Source: an uncultured marine group I thaumarchaeote (GTDB lineage: Archaea; Thermoproteota; Nitrososphaeria; Nitrososphaerales; Nitrosopumilaceae). Taken from it: a stretch of 64,000 nucleotides of DNA. Shown piece by piece: positions 39,306-47,982 of this stretch. The notes under the pieces are model-generated. The model saw only the letters and a list, made by a program, of their open reading frames with translations, was not told the origin of the DNA and made no database searches. Position 1 is the stretch's first letter; every line of letters begins with the position of its first letter. Position numbers and translations under genes: made by a program. The stretch lies in NCBI GenBank assembly GCA_902608175.1, contig CACLNC010000001.1:1795-65794 (forward strand), written 5' to 3'.

Positions 39306-39866
39306 TTAAGTCTGCTGTTGCTTCCATTTAATTGAACAACCAATTGAGGGGTTGAAGGATTTTTTAATTATTTTACCATCTAGAAATTTCTGAATATTTC
39401 CAATCATAGTCTTTTCCGTAGCAATTTCTAGTGGATTCATCGCATTATCTATTCTCCCATGAAAAATTAGTTTTCTCTCAGAATCAAATAAGAAAGGATC
39501 GGGTGTACAAACAGCGCCATATTTTTTTGCAATTTCCTGAGTTTCATCAATCAAATAATCAAATTTCATCCCTTTCTCTTGAGCCACAATTTTCATGCTT
39601 TCAAAACTATCATCAGGATATTTTATTGAATCATTACTGTTTATTCCAACTAATGCAATATCATCCTTGAATTTTTCATGGACCTCTTTTATTGCGTCAA
39701 TTTTTGCTTTTACGTATGGGCAATGATTACACATGAAAACAACCAGTAATCCTTTGTAGTTAGCATAATCTTTTAACGAGTGATTTTTGTCATCAATTCC
39801 TAAAAGAGTAAAATCTGGAGCATTGTCATTGGTTTTTAACGAGATTTCTGATTCTAAAAGTACCAT
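39306..39866 (-). CDS. AhpC/TSA-family thioredoxin-like protein
   Basis: CNHCPYV, GINSND, GRID and GCSIKW motifs. Confidence 0.9.
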   Translation of the reverse strand: MVLLESEISLKTNDNAPDFTLLGIDDKNHSLKDYANYKGLLVVFMCNHCPYVKAKIDAIKEVHEKFKDDIALVGINSNDSIKYPDDSFESMKIVAQEKGMKFDYLIDETQEIAKKYGAVCTPDPFLFDSERKLIFHGRIDNAMNPLEIATEKTMIGNIQKFLDGKIIKKSFNPSIGCSIKWKQQQT

Positions 39867-39948
39867 AAAAAATTCGAATCTGAATCAAATAAAATTCTTA
39901 CCAAATTAAAGACAACAATTAAAATCAACACACAAATCAATGAAATGA

Positions 39949-40022
39949 GGGCTTGTAGTTCAGACTGGTAGAATACTCGCCTTGCACGCGAGGGGTCCTG
40001 GGTTCAAATCCCAGCGAGTCCA
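39949..40022 (+). tRNA. tRNA-Ala(TGC)
   Basis: G3:U70 pair; anticodon arm CTCGC-CT TGC AC-GCGAG. Confidence 0.96.
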
Positions 40023-40110
40023 TTTCTTCTATTATCTTATAAAAAGAACATTAACTGAACTCAAAAACATGGGATGGATTTAAATACGATATATTTCGTT
40101 CAAATCTATA

Positions 40111-40215
40111 ATGGGATATGAAGCATCAATAGCAGTATGGATTCCACTGATTGTAGGTTTAGCACCAGGATTAGCTTACTGGTTAGTAATCACTGGCCAG
40201 AAAAAGAGAAGATAG
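40111..40215 (+). CDS. 34-aa single-TM microprotein (absent from ORF track)
   Basis: MGYEASIAVWIPLIVGLAPGLAYWLVITGQKKRR; TTTAAATA box about 25 nt upstream; T-tract downstream. Confidence 0.7.
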   Translation: MGYEASIAVWIPLIVGLAPGLAYWLVITGQKKRR

Positions 40216-40272
40216 GAAAACTTCTTTTTTCTAATTATTTTATTATTTCATCTAGATTATTGCGTGAATATT

Positions 40273-40743
40273 ATGTCGGATAAACAGTATAATCTAGTTG
40301 CAATGGGTGGTACTTTTGATATTATTCATACTGGTCATTTAGCATTATTGAATACTGCATTCTTAATTTCTTCTAAGGTTATTATTGGTCTAACTGGAGA
40401 TGAATTTGCCAAAACAATGGGCAAGAATATTTCAAATAATTATGCAAGTAGAGCAGAATCACTAAAATCAGAAATCATTGATACATTTCCAGATTCTGAT
40501 TTTGATATAAGTAAACTAGAGAACGATTTTGGACCAGCCATATTAGAAGAACAAGTTCAAGCATTGGTTGTTAGTGAAGAAACAAAAGAAAAAGGCAAGA
40601 TATTGAATGATTTGAGAATCAAAACAGGTCTATCAGAAGTAGATGTAATCATAGTTCCAATGGTCCTAGCTAAGGATGGCAATAGAATCTCTACGACTAG
40701 AATTAAGAAGAAAGAGATTGATTCTAAAGGTAATTTAGCATAA
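40273..40743 (+). CDS. coaD: Phosphopantetheine adenylyltransferase (archaeal type)
   Basis: GGTFD..HTGH, LVVSEET and ISTTRI motifs. Confidence 0.9.
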   Translation: MSDKQYNLVAMGGTFDIIHTGHLALLNTAFLISSKVIIGLTGDEFAKTMGKNISNNYASRAESLKSEIIDTFPDSDFDISKLENDFGPAILEEQVQALVVSEETKEKGKILNDLRIKTGLSEVDVIIVPMVLAKDGNRISTTRIKKKEIDSKGNLA

Positions 40744-40806
40744 TTGACAAAAAACTTGTTTATGATTGATTCTTTGAAATAAAGTAGTTTTTCTGAAAAA
40801 AAACAT

Positions 40807-41136
40807 ATGTCAATTTCACATTCTATGATCAAAAAACTTGGGAAAGATATTACAAAAATCCAAGAAGGCTTAGATCCTCAAATCTTGGCTTTTTGGTATA
40901 AAAAAATCCTTTCTGAGACAAAAGAGATGGCTCCATCATGGTTACAAGACAAAATCAATGTAAAACAGAATCCAATACTTTACATGAAGTTTAAGATTGA
41001 TATTTCCAAGCGTGCCGTAAAATATTTCATGATGGCAATTGATAATAATATTGAAGATATGCCATACTCTACAAAACTATACTTCCTCAAGGTACAGGAA
41101 ATTATGAGTATGGAAATGGATAAATCTCTAGTATGA
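40807..41136 (+). CDS. Hypothetical protein
   Basis: 109-aa ORF, no recognisable motif. Confidence 0.7.
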   Translation: MSISHSMIKKLGKDITKIQEGLDPQILAFWYKKILSETKEMAPSWLQDKINVKQNPILYMKFKIDISKRAVKYFMMAIDNNIEDMPYSTKLYFLKVQEIMSMEMDKSLV

Positions 41137-41421
41137 TCATTCCTTAAAAATTTCCACACTATTTTCATTTGTTATAGTATCAATGATTTTTTCCTTTTTT
41201 TCAATAACAGATTGAATGAAATCTGTAAAAATACCAGCTTGTGTAGAATCTTGTAATAAAACACTATGAGCAGATTTATCCTTTAAAGATAAAACGATCT
41301 CATTATCAATCACATCAAGAATTTGTATGATAAAAGTTTCATTTCCTTCTTTGATAAAGATTAAACTTGCAAGCTTCTGTGCTTCGTATTTATCTTGACA
41401 TAAAATTTCTATTTTGTTCAA
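41137..41421 (-). CDS. Hypothetical protein
   Basis: 94-aa ORF whose start overlaps the trpS stop. Confidence 0.7.
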   Translation of the reverse strand: MNKIEILCQDKYEAQKLASLIFIKEGNETFIIQILDVIDNEIVLSLKDKSAHSVLLQDSTQAGIFTDFIQSVIEKKEKIIDTITNENSVEIFKE

Positions 41422-42527
41422 TCTTTCAACAAAAATTTATCAAGATGTTCTCTTGCTTTCTCTCGTTTTTCTTGATGTAATTTAAGAAATTCATTAATTT
41501 TATCTATTAGAATAGATTTTAGCTCTCCAGTTAGCAAGTTTCCAGATTTATAATCATCATAAATTTTTTTTAGTTTATTATCATCTTGTTCAAAGAAGAT
41601 TCTCAAATATTGATACGATACATCAATGTCAGGGTTTCCACCTTTTTTTCTGTGTTCTTCGATATCAGGTTGACCACCTGAAAATGCATATTTGTTAATC
41701 TTCTTTTTTACAATTTCAGGTGAATCAGTAGTGTATATTGTCTCATTTTCACTTGAGGCTGACATTTTACTTCCAGGTCCAGATAATGCAGGAATCATAA
41801 TGTTATGGATTAATGCAGGTTTTGGCTTGCCAATTTTTGGCGCAATGTCCCTAGTAATTCTAAAGTGTGGATCCTGATCTACCCCAAGTGGAATTAAAAC
41901 AGGCAAATCTTCAATGAAACATGGCGCAGATTGTAAAGACGTGTAAAATATCATTCCAACATTAGTCTCATTCTCAAAACCAAATACAGCTTTCGTGTTT
42001 GAGAAATTGATCTTTTTTGCAACTTGTGCAGCTATTGGATATAATGTTTTGATATTTTTTGTATTGATAATTATCTTTGTATTTTCCGGTTTAAACCCTA
42101 ACGCAATAAAATCAAGTGCATTTTCAAGTGCAAATTCATATGTTTTTTCTAGAGTAAGATCCTGTTTCGCATAAAATTTTTCATCATCTGTTAGCTGAAA
42201 GTAGATGTTTACTCCAAACTTATCTTGTAGCCATTTACAAAAAACCCATGGAACTAGGTGACCAATATGCGTATGACCTGAAGGACCTCTTCCTGTATAA
42301 AGGAAGAATTTTTTACCCTTTTGATAATCATCTAAAATTCTATTAAATTCTCTATGTGAGAAAAAAATTCCTCTTCTTAACATATAATGTGATTCATTTG
42401 TAAATTTATCAATTTTTGATATTAGTTCAGGAGTAATTTTTTCAGTTCCAAATCTTTTAATTAATTTTTCATAGTCTATATCGCCCTCAACATTCCATGG
42501 TGTTACAATAAAATCGTCTGATGGCAT
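41418..42527 (-). CDS. trpS: Tryptophanyl-tRNA synthetase
   Basis: YTGRGPS, HIGH, DQDPHF and KMSAS motifs. Confidence 0.97.
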   Translation of the reverse strand: MPSDDFIVTPWNVEGDIDYEKLIKRFGTEKITPELISKIDKFTNESHYMLRRGIFFSHREFNRILDDYQKGKKFFLYTGRGPSGHTHIGHLVPWVFCKWLQDKFGVNIYFQLTDDEKFYAKQDLTLEKTYEFALENALDFIALGFKPENTKIIINTKNIKTLYPIAAQVAKKINFSNTKAVFGFENETNVGMIFYTSLQSAPCFIEDLPVLIPLGVDQDPHFRITRDIAPKIGKPKPALIHNIMIPALSGPGSKMSASSENETIYTTDSPEIVKKKINKYAFSGGQPDIEEHRKKGGNPDIDVSYQYLRIFFEQDDNKLKKIYDDYKSGNLLTGELKSILIDKINEFLKLHQEKREKAREHLDKFLLKD

Positions 42528-42629
42528 TCATGTTTGACTTTGATTTAGCGTTAAAAAGTCTTTTTTACCAAATCGTTGTTTAAAGTTAGTTAAGATAATT
42601 TAATTAAGTCTTTTAGGGACGAAGAACTA

Positions 42630-44039
42630 TTGTCTCAAGTTCTTCATGATATTGAAAAGAAAATTATCGAAGTTTTAAAATCTAAACCAAATCAAACAAC
42701 GGAACAACTCTCTGAAATTACAGAATTATCAATTGATCAGATTAGACGTGGAATAGAATGGCTTAGATTAAAAGATCTAGCTGAGATTTCAGAATCGACA
42801 AAAAAATCTGTCAGCCTTGGGAAAAATGGACTAGAAGCATTCAGAAATGGATTACCTGAAAGAAAATTAATTAATTTGGTTCATGATTCACCAAAAAACT
42901 TTGATGAAATTCGTAGTAATTTATCTGGTTTAGGATTTAATGCTGCAATTGCTAATGCAAGAAAAAACGGTTGGGTTAAAATTGAAAAAACTGAATCTGG
43001 TCAAATAATATCAAAAAAAGAGGAAGCAGTTGAAACACCAGAGGAAAAATTACTTTCTTTCATAGGAGAAAAAAATGTTTCAGATGAAGAAATTGAAAAT
43101 AAAATGGCATTGAAATTTTTAATGAATAGACCAGATTTTATTATAGAACATGAGGAAACAACAAAATCAATTTCACTTTCTAACAAGGGAAAAGAGATTG
43201 ATTTTAAAAAAGCTGATAGTGGTGCAATAGACGTTGAGGCAAATGTACCTATCATATATCCAGCAAGAATTCATCCACTAAAAGACGTAATTAATGAAAT
43301 TCGTGAGACTTTTGTTAATTTAGGATTTACAGAAATTTTTGGCGATCTTTCACAACCAAGCTTTTGGAATTTTGATGCATTATTTACACCACAGGATCAT
43401 CCAGCAAGGGAAATGCAGGATACATTTTATCTAGAAAATCTTAACGCAGAAAAATTTGCGTCACCAACTCAGATTAAAAATGTGTCATCATCTCATAAAA
43501 ATGGCTGGAGGTATCTATGGGACATACAAGAGGCAAAAAAAATGGTATTACGAACGCATACAACATGTGTTACAATAAAACATCTTGCAGAGAATAAACC
43601 TAATGAAGCAAGAATTTTTTCTTTAGGAAGAGTTTTTCGAAATGAAAAAGTTAGTTACAAACACTTAGTTGAATTTAATCAGGTTGAGGGAATTGTAATT
43701 GGGAAAAATGCTACATTGAGAGATTTAATGGGAATTCAAAAAGAATTTTATAGAAAAATTGGTTTGACTAAGGTAAAATTTTGGCCAACATTTTTTCCAT
43801 ATACTGAACCATCATTACAAACAATGGTTTATAATGAAAAACTTGGTAAGTGGGTGGAATTATTTGGTATGGGAATATTTAGGCCAGAAGTCACAAAACC
43901 ACTAGGAATCACTAAACCAGTTTTAGCTTGGGGTGGTGGAATTGAAAGAATTGCGATGTTAAAATATGGAGTAGATGATGTTAGAGAATTTTACAACAAT
44001 AATCTTGATTGGTTAAGGAATGCATCAAAATGCCAGTAG
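42630..44039 (+). CDS. pheS: Phenylalanyl-tRNA synthetase alpha subunit
   Basis: WNFDALF.PQDHPAR, FRNE and FPYTEPS motifs. Confidence 0.97.
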   Translation: MSQVLHDIEKKIIEVLKSKPNQTTEQLSEITELSIDQIRRGIEWLRLKDLAEISESTKKSVSLGKNGLEAFRNGLPERKLINLVHDSPKNFDEIRSNLSGLGFNAAIANARKNGWVKIEKTESGQIISKKEEAVETPEEKLLSFIGEKNVSDEEIENKMALKFLMNRPDFIIEHEETTKSISLSNKGKEIDFKKADSGAIDVEANVPIIYPARIHPLKDVINEIRETFVNLGFTEIFGDLSQPSFWNFDALFTPQDHPAREMQDTFYLENLNAEKFASPTQIKNVSSSHKNGWRYLWDIQEAKKMVLRTHTTCVTIKHLAENKPNEARIFSLGRVFRNEKVSYKHLVEFNQVEGIVIGKNATLRDLMGIQKEFYRKIGLTKVKFWPTFFPYTEPSLQTMVYNEKLGKWVELFGMGIFRPEVTKPLGITKPVLAWGGGIERIAMLKYGVDDVREFYNNNLDWLRNASKCQ

Positions 44040-45673
44040 TAGAACTAGATCTTAATAGGATTCAAAGACTTGTAGGAAAGAAATCAAATAGAAAAAAAAT
44101 TCTTGATGTATTACCATTTCTTGGATTAGATATTGAATCACAAGAGGGTGATAGTGTAAGAGTTGAATTTAGTCCTAATAGACCAGATTATTCAACTGAC
44201 TTTGGAATTGCATTAGGATTACAAGGTCTTTTGGGAATTAAAACTGGAATTTTGAAAACTAATGTAAAGAAAAAAGGTAATTATCAAATTAAGGTTGATC
44301 CATCAACTAGTAAGATACGACCTTTTGTAACAGGAATAATTGCAAAAAATGGCTCAATTGATGATGATGCAATTAAACAATTAATGAACATGCAAGAAGA
44401 TCTTCATTTTGGAATTGGAAGAAAACGAAAAAAATCCTCCATTGGTCTTCATGACCTGGATAAGATATCATTTCCATTAAAGTATACCACAATAGATCGT
44501 GAACATAAATTCACACCATTAAATTCTGATACAGAAAGCACAATTTCAGAAATTCTTCAAAATACAGATGTTGGACAAAATTATGGTAATATTCTAGGTC
44601 AATCCTCTAAAATTCCAATTATTCTTGACACGGATGGAAATACTATATCATTCCCACCAATAATAAATTCTGCTTTAACCACCGTTACATCAGAAACAAA
44701 AAATATTCTAGTTGAAGTCACAGGTATTGACAAGCAATCTGCTGAAGATATGTTGGCAGTTGTTACTGCAGTTCTTGAAAATGCAGGGTTTGAAATTTAT
44801 CAGTTAAAGATCTCAGGTTCAAAAAATTCAACACCAACTTTAGCCTCACGATCAATTACAATAGACAGTGATCTCACTAATAGAATTCTAGGTCTTAATT
44901 TGTCCCCATCATCAATCATATCATGTCTTAAAAAATGCAGATTAGATGCAAAATTAAAAAATAAACGAATTGAGTGTAGTATTCCTAGATACCGTTTTGA
45001 TATTTTTGGTCCAATGGATTTAGTTGAGGAAGTAGCATTAGGTTATGGCATTGATAATCTCGACCCTACATTACCTGTGTCCCAAAACATAGGATCAAAA
45101 CATTCTATCACTGAGAAATTAGATAATTCTAGCTTGGTAATGGTTGGTTTGGGTTTTATTGAAGCATTGAATTCCAGTCTAACTAGTAAACAAATTTTGT
45201 ATGAAATGACAAATAAAAATTCTTCAGATATTATTTCAGTTACAGGATCAAAAAGTCAGGATCATACAATCTTAAGAGATTCAATAATACCAGGGTTATT
45301 GGAAAATTTATCAAGTAACGTTCACGAAACATACCCACAAAAATTATTTGAATCGGGAATAATTTTTTCAAGGGATTCTCCAATAAAAGAGTCAATAAAT
45401 CTATCATGTGTTAATGCATCAAAAAATACAAATTTTTCAGACATGAAGGCAGTTTTACAATCATTTCTACGGACTAGCTTCAATCTTGAATGTGAAACAA
45501 AAACAACATCTGATAACACGTTATTTACGAATGGTAGAGTAGCAAATATTGTAATCAATAATCAGAATTTTGGTCAAATAGGTGAGATAGATTCTAGTAT
45601 TCTTGAAAATTTTAGGGTTAGAACAAACGTTACTGCATTTGAACTAACATTATCTGGATTAATATTTGATTAA
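44030..45673 (+). CDS. pheT: Phenylalanyl-tRNA synthetase beta subunit
   Basis: NRPD, FPPIINS and DLVEEVA..YG motifs. Confidence 0.96.
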   Translation: MPVVELDLNRIQRLVGKKSNRKKILDVLPFLGLDIESQEGDSVRVEFSPNRPDYSTDFGIALGLQGLLGIKTGILKTNVKKKGNYQIKVDPSTSKIRPFVTGIIAKNGSIDDDAIKQLMNMQEDLHFGIGRKRKKSSIGLHDLDKISFPLKYTTIDREHKFTPLNSDTESTISEILQNTDVGQNYGNILGQSSKIPIILDTDGNTISFPPIINSALTTVTSETKNILVEVTGIDKQSAEDMLAVVTAVLENAGFEIYQLKISGSKNSTPTLASRSITIDSDLTNRILGLNLSPSSIISCLKKCRLDAKLKNKRIECSIPRYRFDIFGPMDLVEEVALGYGIDNLDPTLPVSQNIGSKHSITEKLDNSSLVMVGLGFIEALNSSLTSKQILYEMTNKNSSDIISVTGSKSQDHTILRDSIIPGLLENLSSNVHETYPQKLFESGIIFSRDSPIKESINLSCVNASKNTNFSDMKAVLQSFLRTSFNLECETKTTSDNTLFTNGRVANIVINNQNFGQIGEIDSSILENFRVRTNVTAFELTLSGLIFD

Positions 45674-45703
45674 TTCTAATTCACCTTGCCCAATCAAGAG
45701 AGC

Positions 45704-45861
45704 ATGCACACAGACGGATTAGGATGATATAGATCGTAATGATTCACATGATTTCTAATTCACCCAGGTGTGTTACATATGGGCATTCCCCGGTTTCAGA
45801 GCAAAGAGGAGGGTTAGGCTAATACCTATGACTTTTTGTGAGTCAGAACCGGGGAACATTA
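45704..45861 (+). ncRNA. Two-hairpin H/ACA pseudouridylation-guide sRNA
   Basis: Two stem-pocket-stem hairpins, each with a GA/GA K-turn-like motif and a following ACA (45775-45777, 45856-45858). Confidence 0.78.
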
Positions 45862-45906
45862 TTTAAAAACTAAAAAACTAAATTCAACTCTTCAATGTAA
45901 CTTAAC

Positions 45907-46326
45907 ATGGTAAATTATTGGCTTGCAAAACAAGAACCAACTGGTCCACGTGGTTATAATTTTTCTAAATTAGAAAAAGAAAAGAAAACTGTTTGGGATG
46001 GGGTTCATAATAATCTTGCATTAAAACACATTCGCAATATGAAAAAATCCGATCAAGTTTTGTTCTATCATACTGGGACTGAAAGACAGGTTGTTGGAAT
46101 TATGACAATAACAACCAATCCATATTCAAATCCAAAAGAAAAAGAACAAAGGTTTGTTGTTGTTGATGTTAAATTCAAAAAACGTCTAAAAAATCCTGTA
46201 ACATTACAGGAAATGAAAAAACAAAAAAAATTCAAAGACTGGGAATTACTAAGAATATCTCGTCTTTCCGTAATGCCAGTTCCAAAATTAATTTGGAACG
46301 AAATTATAAAGATGTCTCAAAAATAA
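45907..46326 (+). CDS. EVE domain protein
   Basis: YWLAKQEP, WDGV, FYH and RLSVMPV motifs. Confidence 0.92.
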   Translation: MVNYWLAKQEPTGPRGYNFSKLEKEKKTVWDGVHNNLALKHIRNMKKSDQVLFYHTGTERQVVGIMTITTNPYSNPKEKEQRFVVVDVKFKKRLKNPVTLQEMKKQKKFKDWELLRISRLSVMPVPKLIWNEIIKMSQK

Positions 46327-46374
46327 TTTGGGAATGATAGCTCTAATTATATACCATCATTGTATTTGGATACT

Positions 46375-46614
46375 ATGGCAACAGCATATGTGCTCATAAA
46401 CTGTGAACTTGGCTCTGAGGAATCAATAATTTCACAATTGAAAAATCTAGATGGTGTTAAAGAAGTACATGGTACTTTTGGCGCATACGATATCTTGGCA
46501 AAAATTGAATCTGGTACTGTTGAATCACTACGTGAAACAATTACTTGGAAGATTCGAAAAATTGAAAAGATTAGATCTACATTAACACTAATGGGTATTG
46601 AAGGTCAAACCTAA
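46375..46614 (+). CDS. Stand-alone Lrp/AsnC ligand-binding domain protein
   Basis: AYVLIN...GAYDI...IRSTLTL; no HTH. Confidence 0.88.
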   Translation: MATAYVLINCELGSEESIISQLKNLDGVKEVHGTFGAYDILAKIESGTVESLRETITWKIRKIEKIRSTLTLMGIEGQT

Positions 46615-46632
46615 CAATATCCTTTTTCTGAC

Positions 46633-47208
46633 ATGCTTCTACATTTTATTTTTGTAATCAAAGATACAGATCTTGGTAAGCGTGATAAAGAATTTGAATA
46701 CGTTAAACAAATGGCAAATTTTTATCAAAAATGGATTAAAGAAAAATTTTCAATAGAATTTGATATAAAATGTGATGAAATGATTACAAAACCTAGAAAA
46801 TTCTTTCAAAGATTAGATACACATAGTTTGGCACAGGATCATAAACAAAGAGACAAAGATACATATCATTTCTATTTATGTCATTTCAGACCATTGTGGA
46901 CAGATTGTACTTGTGAGGGATATCATGCAGAAAATTTTGGTATGATAAAGTGGGTAATACCAGAGGATCCAAATAATACAACATTTTTGGCGCAAAGAAA
47001 TTGTGTTGTTGTATCACACGAGTTGTGCCATGAATTACTTCGTCAAGTAAAATATAAGCGGTATATAGAGGATGTTCATGATATTTGGACACAGCATTAT
47101 TTCAATGATCTTTCATTTGAAAACTATGATCAACATTTCGAAAAAACTTTAGAAGAACCTTTTTTTCAAACTATTGATATATCATCATTCACGTTAAACA
47201 AAAATTAA
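46633..47208 (+). CDS. Hypothetical protein with zincin-like HExxH motif
   Basis: SHELCHE and DCTCEGYH. Confidence 0.65.
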   Translation: MLLHFIFVIKDTDLGKRDKEFEYVKQMANFYQKWIKEKFSIEFDIKCDEMITKPRKFFQRLDTHSLAQDHKQRDKDTYHFYLCHFRPLWTDCTCEGYHAENFGMIKWVIPEDPNNTTFLAQRNCVVVSHELCHELLRQVKYKRYIEDVHDIWTQHYFNDLSFENYDQHFEKTLEEPFFQTIDISSFTLNKN

Positions 47209-47837
47209 CATTTTGTAACAGAATAGATTCTATTTTCAAAGTTTGCAGTTTTGAATTCTAACTTTTGTTCAGGATCTTGGTTTCTTGATTTACTCAAATT
47301 CTCCAATTCAACAAGTGCATCACCTCTAAAACCTACCGAAGAACCATAAATTCCATCAATAATCTGTGTTCCATGTTCACCATTTTTTACATCATCACAT
47401 GTTTGGTAGAATTTTATGACATCTTTTTTATTTACAGGATGACCAGTGGCCTTTTTAAAAGCAATTGCGATGTACATACCATTACTTTTTACTGCTACAG
47501 GAATCTTATGGTTTTTTCCAGATTTTCCAGGTATTATTTCATTGATTACAAGTTCACATTTATGATACATACTTGAAACATATGCATAGAATCTATACTG
47601 TGCGTATTTCCCCTTTGTATCTTCTGCACAATCAACAAACACTTTGTGTAGTAATTCCAGAGATTTATCATTCATACTCAAAAGGCGATCATCGATTCTT
47701 CCTCTCTCAAGCAAACTTGATTCACAGTCTTTTGCTATTAGTTTTAGAATTAAATCAGGTAGATTGTAATTCTTTAAAGATGCAACAAATGCACCAGCTT
47801 GTGTCATACCAAAACTTGGAAATCCCTTATTAGCCAA
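47205..47837 (-). CDS. Hypothetical protein, possible restriction-endonuclease-like fold
   Basis: GKSGKNHKIPVAV resembles Mrr-like GxSGxxHxxD segments but lacks the Asp. Confidence 0.5.
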   Translation of the reverse strand: MANKGFPSFGMTQAGAFVASLKNYNLPDLILKLIAKDCESSLLERGRIDDRLLSMNDKSLELLHKVFVDCAEDTKGKYAQYRFYAYVSSMYHKCELVINEIIPGKSGKNHKIPVAVKSNGMYIAIAFKKATGHPVNKKDVIKFYQTCDDVKNGEHGTQIIDGIYGSSVGFRGDALVELENLSKSRNQDPEQKLEFKTANFENRIYSVTKC

Positions 47838-47982
47838 CTAAAACACCATAACCACATCAATTTTATCACAAAATCTTTGTAAAATATACACTTCTATAAA
47901 AAAGTGGTTTTCTCTTATAATTGTATGTAAAATCTATTTAACAAAATGTCGATTTATAAACAAAAAAGAGTTAATCAAATCA

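Noticed and set aside
36637-40022. Genomic island or restriction-modification system around dam and the tRNA cluster
   Set aside because: No integrase, no duplicated tRNA 3' end, no endonuclease gene and no evident compositional shift.
45674-45764. Mini CRISPR array
   Set aside because: Only two 12-nt copies, no cas genes, and one copy is part of an H/ACA stem.
45786-45856. Hammerhead ribozyme on the minus strand (CTGA...GAAA)
   Set aside because: Core reads CUGACUC, not CUGANGA; the plus-strand H/ACA fold explains the sequence better.
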